A stretch of DNA of 64,000 nt from Gemmatimonadales bacterium (GTDB lineage: Bacteria; Gemmatimonadota; Gemmatimonadetes; Gemmatimonadales; GWC2-71-9). The stretch's first letter is position 1, and each line of letters starts with the position of its first letter. Location of the stretch: contig JBFIHA010000002.1 of NCBI GenBank assembly GCA_041602035.1, forward strand, positions 25,398-89,397, in the 5' to 3' direction. Below the pieces are notes generated by a model. The model was not told the DNA's origin and made no database searches. It was given only the letters and a program-made list of their open reading frames with translations. The translations under genes and the position numbers were made by a program. Shown piece after piece: positions 56,439 to 64,000 of this stretch.

Positions 56439-58208
56439 CTAGCGAGTTCCCAGTCGCGAGGAGAGGACGTGTTCGGTCCGATCGCTGTGGCGCTCGCTCG
56501 CGAACCGCTCCGCACCACATGGCCCGTAGGCGGCGTACTTGCGCGTTTCAGCGATCAACGGCAGCTGTTCCGCCAAAGCGGTCCTCGGTGCGGCGACAAC
56601 CCTTACGACGAAGATCCGAGGACGAGTGCAGGTACTGAGTGCCGCTCTCCACCAGTCCTGCTGTCGCAACGTGGTACCGGGCAATAGTCGCAGCGACTCG
56701 ACGTGACGGATCACGTAGTTACTGGTGAGCTCCGATCCGTCGCGTGTGGCGAGTGTGATGGTACGGCCGAGATAGAACGCCAACGAGGGTGGAAACACCT
56801 CGACACCGACGACCTCCGTTTGCTCGCTGGCACTACGTGCGATGGCGGCTGCCAATCCCTGAGCCGAACGATCCTTGCCGATGGCCTCCATCAGTCCCGT
56901 GCTGGCAAACGGGATTGCGGCGACTGGGAGACTCAACGCCAGGAGAACCGCGCCCCGGTGGGAGGCGGCTATCCAGGCGAGCACGGCCGCGCCACCGCAT
57001 ACCAGTCCAAGGCCCACGGCCGTCTGCGGGATATGGGCAGCGACCGCGGTCGAGGCCGCCGGGATCCAGGCAGCGATCCTGCTGTGGATCGCAAGGAAGA
57101 GCCCCCCGATCGCCGCGAGCAGCAACGCCGTGGGCCGCACTCCGGGTAGCCGTCCCGCGGAACGGTGCCACCCCGCGCTCACCAGGATGCCGATAGCTGG
57201 GAGGAGCGGCAAGATGTATTGCGGTCGCTTGGACTGTGACAACGTGAAGAACAAGAGCGGAACCAGAATCCACAGGCCGAGGTACACGACACGCGGATCG
57301 GGCGCGCCGTCGCTTGTCCGAATCCGTCCTCGCAATCCCCCGATCGCGGTCGCGGTCCAGGGAAGGGCCGCCACCGGCAGGATCGCGAGAAAATACCAGA
57401 GCGGTCCCGTTCGGCCGAGTTCCGGCGTAGCGAGTCGTCGGGCGGTCTCCGTCACCAGCGCGTAGTGGAGGAAGCCGGGCACTTCACGAGAGACAACGAA
57501 CACCCACGGCAGCACAATCGCGACGCCGAGCAAGAGCGCGACTGGTTCGACAATCGCTCGGACGGCGCCGCGCCACACCGCGAATGGCAGGGCCACCATG
57601 AGCGGAAGGGCGAGCGCGACGGGTCCCTTGGTGAGAATGCCGAGACCAATGGCTCCCCACGCGAGCGCCGGCCACCAGGTGGATGCGCGCCGTCGTTGGC
57701 CGTCGTCGGTGGGTCCGGAGGGCGTGGCTTCGATCGCACGATAGAAGGCCGCCAACGCCAACACCACCCAGAGCGTGAGTGCGCTATCGAAGATGACGGT
57801 CCGCGCATAAGCGAGCGTGAGCGGCATGGCAGCCGCGGCAATCGCGGCGATCCACGCGCTCTCGCGGTCGTAGAGGTGGTTCGCGAACAGTGCGACGACC
57901 ACCAATGTCGCAAGGGTGAACAGGAGCGGCGGAACCCGTGCCGCGAGCGGGCTTGCCCCGAACGCCTCCATCGTCACGGCGCCGACGACGAAGAACAGTG
58001 GTGGCTTGTCGAGATACGGGACGCCGTTCAATCGGGGAAGTGCCCAGTCGTTGGTGACCGTCATCTCCCGGGCGACTTCGGCGTTGCGACCCTCGTCGGG
58101 ATCGAGAAGCGCGTAACCGTCGAGGTGAAACACGAAGCCGGCGAGCACGACCGCGCAGGAGGCGAGAATCCAAGCACCTCCTAACCGGCGGGGCGGTGGC
58201 ACGGTCAA
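56439..58208 (-). CDS. Glycosyltransferase family 39 (ArnT-like)
   Basis: DPDEGR.AE.AREM, P.LNG..Y.DKPPL, LTKGP and SK...YILP; TTG start overlapping the upstream stop. Confidence 0.9.
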   Translation of the reverse strand: MTVPPPRRLGGAWILASCAVVLAGFVFHLDGYALLDPDEGRNAEVAREMTVTNDWALPRLNGVPYLDKPPLFFVVGAVTMEAFGASPLAARVPPLLFTLATLVVVALFANHLYDRESAWIAAIAAAAMPLTLAYARTVIFDSALTLWVVLALAAFYRAIEATPSGPTDDGQRRRASTWWPALAWGAIGLGILTKGPVALALPLMVALPFAVWRGAVRAIVEPVALLLGVAIVLPWVFVVSREVPGFLHYALVTETARRLATPELGRTGPLWYFLAILPVAALPWTATAIGGLRGRIRTSDGAPDPRVVYLGLWILVPLLFFTLSQSKRPQYILPLLPAIGILVSAGWHRSAGRLPGVRPTALLLAAIGGLFLAIHSRIAAWIPAASTAVAAHIPQTAVGLGLVCGGAAVLAWIAASHRGAVLLALSLPVAAIPFASTGLMEAIGKDRSAQGLAAAIARSASEQTEVVGVEVFPPSLAFYLGRTITLATRDGSELTSNYVIRHVESLRLLPGTTLRQQDWWRAALSTCTRPRIFVVRVVAAPRTALAEQLPLIAETRKYAAYGPCGAERFASERHSDRTEHVLSSRLGTR

Positions 58209-58630
58209 GAGGATGGAGGTGGCGTCGTGGCCTGGGCGTTGGGGCTCTGCGCCACGGTGATCGGGATCTCCGTTCGCACGTCGGTATCGACCAGGATGTC
58301 GAAGTGGTACTTCCCAGCGCGGGGAAACGGGACGTCGAACACCAACACCGTGCCTGCGGCGATCTCCACGACGCCTGCCGGAGGCTCGTTGAACGTCACC
58401 GTGCCATCCCCGTTGAGAATCTCGGTGCCCGCGTCGTCCACCAGGCGAATGCGCACGGTGTGCTCCCCGATTTCGGTGCGGCGTCCCTTCAGATGCAGCA
58501 CCAAATGCAGCCGCGGGTGGACCGCGGGAAACTGACCGACCCAGATGTGGGAGAAGATGCCTAGGATGGAGAGCTTGCCGTACTGGTCGATGATGGCGTA
58601 GTCGCACACCGTTGCGAGATCGATCTGCAT
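58205..58630 (-). CDS. DUF6941-like beta-sandwich protein
   Basis: A..CDYA.....GKL.I.GIF and F...G.Y.F.I..D motifs. Confidence 0.75.
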   Translation of the reverse strand: MQIDLATVCDYAIIDQYGKLSILGIFSHIWVGQFPAVHPRLHLVLHLKGRRTEIGEHTVRIRLVDDAGTEILNGDGTVTFNEPPAGVVEIAAGTVLVFDVPFPRAGKYHFDILVDTDVRTEIPITVAQSPNAQATTPPPSS

Positions 58631-58665
58631 CCCCGTCCTCCTCCCTGACGTACGGGCCGTCGCAC

Positions 58666-60750
58666 TCAACCCACGGCGAATGTCCGGAGCCTCGTGGTCA
58701 ACTCCTCCGGCGTTGCGGCCGGCGCCGCGCATTGGGTCCCGGAACAAACGTAGGCACGGGGGAATGACCCGTCGAGCATCGCACGCAGTGGGGCGGGGAG
58801 GCTGGCGGTACGCCCACCGGGTGCGAGCCAACGCAGAATCCTACGCGGCCGATAAGTCCTGCGTGCCACGCGCAGTAACTCACGCGTCGCGGGATCATCG
58901 GGTCCGACCACCACCACGTGTGTTCCCGGCATGACCGCCCAGTCGATGGCGCGCAGTAACGTGGCACCAAAGATCGACAGATCGCCCGCTGCTCCGGCAA
59001 CGCTGCCGAGCAACTCGTGAAGGCGCGCTTGCCAGACCTCCGCGTCAGTGTGAGCGTGGAGTCGTGCGAGCACGATGCCGGCAACCCCGTTGGGCGAAGG
59101 CGTCGGTGTGTCTTGAATCGGAACGATCTCCTGGGTCAGGAATCCCGTACCGGACCCCTCGCGTGCCGTATCCCTCAGCCCCCCCGATTCCGAGCGAAAC
59201 GCCTCCCAGACATGCGTCATGAGGGCCGTGGCGCGCGTGAGCCACCGATCGTCTCCCGTGACCTCGAACGCGTCGATCGCCGCAGCCGCCGTCTGTACCT
59301 GGTCGTCGAGCAGGCCGCCCACTCCGCTCCCGAGCGCGTGCAGCAGTCCCGGCCCGGCCCCGCCCTGCACCTCCCGGAAGATCCGCTCCAGGGTCATCAA
59401 GGCGTGCCGCTCGAGCTCGGGCCGCTGCAGCAGCCCGGAGGCCTCGAGCATGGCCGAGACCATCATGGCATTCCAGGCGGTGTACATCGTCGAGTCGACG
59501 AACGGTGCCGGTCGCTCACCACGCGCACGCCGGAGCTTGTCGCAGCCGGAGTGCAGCAACCGCTGCACATCCTGGTTCGGACGCTTCAGGTCTTCGGCGA
59601 TCTCATCGACCGTCTTTGCGGCCCAGAGCACGTTGCGTCGGGGATCGTGGCGCATCTCGCCGGTTTCCTCGATGTCAAACCGGCGCCGCAGCACCTCGAG
59701 CTCATCGGCATCCAGGTGGGTCCGCGCCTCGTCCACCGTCCACGTGAAGTAATCGCCGTCGTCGTCCAATCCCACATCGGCGTCCTGGGAGGCGTAGTAC
59801 CCTCCCGCCGGGTCGGCCATGGTGTCCATAGTCCAGGCCACCACGCCCTCGATCACATCGCGGTACCGCTCGCCGGGCGGGTGGGTCGTATCGAGATCGT
59901 GCGCCATGTCGGCATGGACGTAGGCCTTCAGCAGTTCCGCGTTGTCGTACAACATCTTCTCGAAATGCGGCACGATCCATTGCGCATCCACGGCGTAGCG
60001 ATGAAAGCCTCCACCGAGATGGTCGCGGACGCCGCCGCGGGCCATGCCGTCGAGCGTGCCGAGCACGATGGTCGCCAGCGGCGACTCGCGGGTGTCGAAC
60101 CAGCGTGTGAGGAGGAAGTCGCACGCCCCGGGATGAGGGAACTTCGGCTGCGAGCCAAAGCCGCCGTTCCGGGCGTCGGCAAGCCGGGTCATCCCGTCGG
60201 CGGCCGTCGCGAGTACCGCGGGGGTGAGAGTCCCGGGTCGGGCGTCCCCCCGGTGCACCGCCAGGTGCCGGCCGATCTCTGCGGCCTGCTGCCGGGCGTC
60301 CTCGGGACGCTCTCGATACAGTCGCGCCAGTCCGGTCAAGAGCGTCTGGAAGCCGGGGCGTCCGTACCGATTGTCGGGCGGGAAGTACGTGCCGCCGTAG
60401 AAGACGGAACCGTCCGGCGTCAGGAACGCCGTGAGCGGCCACCCTCCCTGACCGGTCAGGAGCTGAACCGCCCGTTGGTACCGTGCATCGACGTCCGGCC
60501 GTTCGTCTCGGTCGACCTTGATGCAGACCCACTCGCTATTCAGCAGACCTGCCACCGCCGGGTCTTCATACGACTCACGGTCCATCACGTGACACCAGTG
60601 GCACCACACCGCCCCGATATCGAGGAGGATCGGCTTGTCCTCCGTCTTGGCGCGCCCAAACGCCTCGTCACCCCAAGGGTACCAGTCGACCGGCTGGTCC
60701 TTGGCGGAGCGGAGGTACGCGGACTGCTGGTTGGCCAAGCGATTGGGCAT
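58666..60750 (-). CDS. Thioredoxin domain-containing protein (YyaL/SSP411 family)
   Basis: NRL....S.YL, WCHWCHVM..ES, GGWP, PKFP and VPHFEKMLYD motifs. Confidence 0.93.
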   Translation of the reverse strand: MPNRLANQQSAYLRSAKDQPVDWYPWGDEAFGRAKTEDKPILLDIGAVWCHWCHVMDRESYEDPAVAGLLNSEWVCIKVDRDERPDVDARYQRAVQLLTGQGGWPLTAFLTPDGSVFYGGTYFPPDNRYGRPGFQTLLTGLARLYRERPEDARQQAAEIGRHLAVHRGDARPGTLTPAVLATAADGMTRLADARNGGFGSQPKFPHPGACDFLLTRWFDTRESPLATIVLGTLDGMARGGVRDHLGGGFHRYAVDAQWIVPHFEKMLYDNAELLKAYVHADMAHDLDTTHPPGERYRDVIEGVVAWTMDTMADPAGGYYASQDADVGLDDDGDYFTWTVDEARTHLDADELEVLRRRFDIEETGEMRHDPRRNVLWAAKTVDEIAEDLKRPNQDVQRLLHSGCDKLRRARGERPAPFVDSTMYTAWNAMMVSAMLEASGLLQRPELERHALMTLERIFREVQGGAGPGLLHALGSGVGGLLDDQVQTAAAAIDAFEVTGDDRWLTRATALMTHVWEAFRSESGGLRDTAREGSGTGFLTQEIVPIQDTPTPSPNGVAGIVLARLHAHTDAEVWQARLHELLGSVAGAAGDLSIFGATLLRAIDWAVMPGTHVVVVGPDDPATRELLRVARRTYRPRRILRWLAPGGRTASLPAPLRAMLDGSFPRAYVCSGTQCAAPAATPEELTTRLRTFAVG

Positions 60751-60777
60751 CGGTGTCCCAGGTGGGTTCAAGATCCG

Positions 60778-61947
60778 TCAGTCGCCCGCGAGCAGCGCCA
60801 CGGTAGCACGACTCAGCAGTTCGACCGCCACCGGTAGCGCGTCCTCGTCCAGGTCGAAGCGTGGCGAGTGGTGCGGCCGATCGGTCCCCTTCTTCGCATT
60901 CCCGCACCCGACGAAGGCATAACATCCCGGTACGCGTTCTAGGAAGAAGGCCATGTCTTCGGCGGCCATCGTGCGGTAGTCCGATCGGATCTGGTGCTTG
61001 GTGAGAAACGTCGCTGCCGCCTCGGTCATTCGTGACGCGACCGCCGGATCGTTCACGGTGGTCGGGTACAAACGCTGGCAGTGCACCGCGGCCGATGCTC
61101 CGGCGGCAGCCGCAATGCCGGCCACGAGGTCCTCCATCAGTTGCAGGATCCGGGCGCGGAACTCGGCGCTGTAGGTGCGCACCGTGCCGCGCAGCTCGGC
61201 GGACTCGGGGATCACGTTATGCGTGGTCCCAGCGTGAACTTCGGTGACGCTGAGGACCGCCGGCTGAGCCGGATCACGGCGGCGTGACACGATGGTCTGC
61301 AGGGCGGTCACGATCTCGGCGGCCACGACGATCGGGTCGACCGTCTGGTGCGGGGCCGCGGCATGCCCGCCGCGGCCCGTGATCTCGATCGTGAAGTTGT
61401 CGACGGACGCGAACACAGGACCTGGCGTGATGGCGACCGTTCCGGTCGGCAGATCGCTCCACAGGTGAATCCCGAGCGCGGCGTCGACCACCGGGTTCTT
61501 CAGGACACCATCGCGGATCATCGCGGCTGCCCCGCCGCCACCCTCTTCCGCCGGCTGAAACACCAACTTGACCGTACCCCGGAGCGATGTGTGAGCAAGC
61601 CGTGCGGCCACCGCGAGTCCAACGGCCATGTGTCCGTCGTGTCCGCACGCGTGCATCACCCCGGGCGTCATGGAGGCGAACGAGAGATCCGTATCCTCGT
61701 TGATGGGTAAGGCGTCCATGTCGGCCCTGATGAGGACCGACCGCCCGCGGGGTCCGCACTCTCGAATCCCCACAACGCCCGTGCGTCCGACGCCGGTCGT
61801 GACCGCATAGCCCAGGTGCTGGAGGCGGTCAGCGATGTACCTGGCCGTCCCTTCCTCCCGGTAGCCCAGCTCCGGGTACTGGTGGAAGTGCCGTCGATCG
61901 GCGACCAGCCGCTCGAGATCGATAGGCGGCAACTGGGACAGGGTCAT
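60778..61947 (-). CDS. M20D amidohydrolase
   Basis: H..PEL, RADMDALP, HACGHD.H, FQPAEE and HHSP.F..DE motifs. Confidence 0.93.
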   Translation of the reverse strand: MTLSQLPPIDLERLVADRRHFHQYPELGYREEGTARYIADRLQHLGYAVTTGVGRTGVVGIRECGPRGRSVLIRADMDALPINEDTDLSFASMTPGVMHACGHDGHMAVGLAVAARLAHTSLRGTVKLVFQPAEEGGGGAAAMIRDGVLKNPVVDAALGIHLWSDLPTGTVAITPGPVFASVDNFTIEITGRGGHAAAPHQTVDPIVVAAEIVTALQTIVSRRRDPAQPAVLSVTEVHAGTTHNVIPESAELRGTVRTYSAEFRARILQLMEDLVAGIAAAAGASAAVHCQRLYPTTVNDPAVASRMTEAAATFLTKHQIRSDYRTMAAEDMAFFLERVPGCYAFVGCGNAKKGTDRPHHSPRFDLDEDALPVAVELLSRATVALLAGD

Positions 61948-62606
61948 CGTCCCGAGGGGCAGAGGTCGCTCACGGGGCAGATCTCGCACTTCGGCTTCCG
62001 CGCCGAGCAAATCTGCCGCCCGTGAAGGATCAGGAGGTGGGGGAACAGCGTCCAATGCTCCTTGGGAACGAGCTTCATGAGGTCCCGTTCGATCTTCACC
62101 GGATCGGCTTTGTTAGTGAGCTTGAGCCGGTTAGAGATCCGCTTGACGTGGGTGTCGACCACCACGCCTTCGTCGATCCCGAAGGCGTTTCCGAGTACGA
62201 CGTTTGCCGTCTTGCGCCCCACCCCAGGAAGCGCCGTGAGCGCGTCCATCGACGTCGGAACCGCACCGTCATGGCGTTCGACCAGCGCCTGGGCCATGCC
62301 CAGAATGGACCTCGTCTTGTTGCGGAAGAAGCCCGTGGACTTGATCTCCTGCTCGAACTCCGCCGGATTGGCGTTCGCATAGTCCTCGGCACGCCGGTAC
62401 TTCGTGAACAGCTGTTTGGTCACCATGTTCACGCGCGCGTCCGTGCACTGCGCGCTCAGGATGGTGGCGACGAGAAGTTCCAATGGGTTGGTGTGCTCCA
62501 GGGCTGTGGCTGCCTCGGGATACCGCGTTGACAGCTTCCGGATGATCGGCCGGATGCGATCCTTGGCGGTCGCGAGCGTGAGGCGGCGGGGTCGAGGCGT
62601 GGTCAT
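61944..62606 (-). CDS. nth: Endonuclease III
   Basis: LSAQCTD.RVN, LPGVGRKTANV, VDTH and C...KP.C..C....LC motifs. Confidence 0.96.
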   Translation of the reverse strand: MTTPRPRRLTLATAKDRIRPIIRKLSTRYPEAATALEHTNPLELLVATILSAQCTDARVNMVTKQLFTKYRRAEDYANANPAEFEQEIKSTGFFRNKTRSILGMAQALVERHDGAVPTSMDALTALPGVGRKTANVVLGNAFGIDEGVVVDTHVKRISNRLKLTNKADPVKIERDLMKLVPKEHWTLFPHLLILHGRQICSARKPKCEICPVSDLCPSGR

Positions 62607-62691
62607 GGGCGGCGCAGCGATAGTGACTGATCGAAGATAGGTCTTGTGCACCTGGAAGGTCAGTCGCTCCGCCGGGGGCGTCGACGGGGTC

Positions 62692-63351
62692 TCACACGGC
62701 TCCGAGCGCCAGTCGCGTGAGGTAGAGCAGCTCGCCCATCGTGGACACGGACTTGAGGCCGGCCGCCTCCCCACCGTCCAGGGTCGGCGCAAACGGCGGA
62801 GTGGTCACCTCCCGATGGACCGTCGCGACATCAGCGGCCGACACCGTCAGGGTCACCTGACTGAAGCCGGGCCGGTCGGCACGGAGGCCCAGCACGGCGA
62901 GCACCGAAAGCTCCTGCCCAGTGTTGCCTTCAGCCACGAAGATCCCGTCCAGCGGCTCATGTGGCTCGTCGGGTCCGATCCGTGCCCAGAACCAGCGCTC
63001 GGGAAGCTGGAGGTAGCATGCACCGTGGGGGATGCGTGGCACGTCGTGCGACGGGCCGTCGATGGCGTCGAGCAGCTCGTCGCGCCCGATCCGCATCACG
63101 TGGCTTCCAGCGTCCCAGAACCGATAGGCCACGTAGAGAGCGCTCAGATACTCGGCTGCTGCCTCCGGATCGCGCTCCACCAGGCCAGGGTCCTCGACCT
63201 CGCCGATCAGATGCTGGACCGAGCGAAGCGCGGCGAACTGGGAGCGGTCACTGGTATCGCGCACCTCGCCTTCGGCATCACGTCGGATTTCTGGAAAGCG
63301 GTCGGACGCGAGGACTCCGAACGCATGGGTGAAGGCGTCGAGTCGCGTCAC
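62692..63351 (-). CDS. Hypothetical protein
   Basis: GTGA-coupled to the hydrolase; Y.QLP...FW...EP.DG.F; protein-like composition from VTRLD onward. Confidence 0.7.
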   Translation of the reverse strand: MTRLDAFTHAFGVLASDRFPEIRRDAEGEVRDTSDRSQFAALRSVQHLIGEVEDPGLVERDPEAAAEYLSALYVAYRFWDAGSHVMRIGRDELLDAIDGPSHDVPRIPHGACYLQLPERWFWARIGPDEPHEPLDGIFVAEGNTGQELSVLAVLGLRADRPGFSQVTLTVSAADVATVHREVTTPPFAPTLDGGEAAGLKSVSTMGELLYLTRLALGAV

Positions 63352-64000
63352 CGGGATCGTGGCAGGAAATCGTCGAGCGTTCGAAAGAAGGTCTCGAACT
63401 CCTCGACGTGCGGCACATGTCCCGAATCTTCCAGCACTTCGATTTGCGCGTCGCATAAGGCGTGCGCCACATGCTCTGCGGCTTCGAGCGGAATGGGATC
63501 GTGGCGCCCATGGATGATCAGTGCGGGGATACATAGCTCGGCAAGCTCGTCGAGTTCCGCGCGCAGATCGCTGTTGGCGATACTGTCCCACACCGCCTCC
63601 TGGGTCCTGCCGGTCACGCGAAACGGCGTCAGGTCCCGTGCCCGCCCCGGGTCCTTGAAGTACCCGGCAACCGCCAACTCGAATGCACGTTTCTGATATG
63701 CGTCCGGATCGTGGTGACGCAGCTGGGATCGTCGCAGCTCCTCGCGACCGAGCATGATCTCTGGCTGGGCTTGCCGTTCCGCGAACCGGCGCTGGAATGC
63801 GCGCCGCTGCTCGGCGTCGAGCGGCGCGGGTGCGACGAGCGCCAAGCGACCGACACGCTCCGGGTAGGTTGCCGCGTAGAGCAGCGCCAGCGCACCGCCC
63901 CAGGAGTACCCGAGCAACGTGGCTGGGTCGAGGGACCAATGATCCACGAGGGCGTTTAGATCCTCCACGTGCTCGCGCCACCCCACGGACACGTCCCGGC
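63348..64000 (-). CDS. Alpha/beta fold hydrolase, 5' end beyond the window
   Basis: GYSWGG nucleophile elbow, HG..D and SGH.PHVE motifs. Confidence 0.9.
   Translation of the reverse strand, partial: RDVSVGWREHVEDLNALVDHWSLDPATLLGYSWGGALALLYAATYPERVGRLALVAPAPLDAEQRRAFQRRFAERQAQPEIMLGREELRRSQLRHHDPDAYQKRAFELAVAGYFKDPGRARDLTPFRVTGRTQEAVWDSIANSDLRAELDELAELCIPALIIHGRHDPIPLEAAEHVAHALCDAQIEVLEDSGHVPHVEEFETFFRTLDDFLPRSR

Noticed and set aside
59017-60837. 606-aa plus-strand ORF
   Set aside because: Antisense shadow of the YyaL-family gene.
1-64000. Prophage, IS element, defence island, tRNA or rRNA
   Set aside because: No integrase, transposase, phage structural, nuclease-defence or structural RNA signatures were seen.

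Overview
A GC-rich, gene-dense bacterial chromosomal window with about 80 CDSs, mostly on the minus strand. The gene repertoire and many short lipoprotein signals suggest Gemmatimonadota, which is an inference. Recognisable genes include dut, msrA, a cold-shock protein, thrB, asnB and nth. It also holds an hcrCAB-like molybdenum enzyme operon, a Rieske-fused TPP enzyme / Rieske-fused FMN glutamate-synthase-like pair, a MacAB-TolC system and two ECF sigma/anti-sigma/Spy-like modules. I saw no rRNA, tRNA, CRISPR array, integrase or transposase. The most novel-looking locus (16665-19051) is an AraC regulator with a receiver-like domain, divergent from a 51-aa exported peptide ending GTQGSGT, which abuts a stand-alone TPR protein. 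This resembles Rap-Phr/RRNPP peptide signalling but in an apparently diderm organism, and it is flanked by a tandem pair of unknown paralogues. Second is an FmdB-type zinc-ribbon gene whose TGA is followed by an fdhF-like SECIS hairpin (candidate selenoprotein). All calls are from motif recognition by eye, and start codons are my best estimates.
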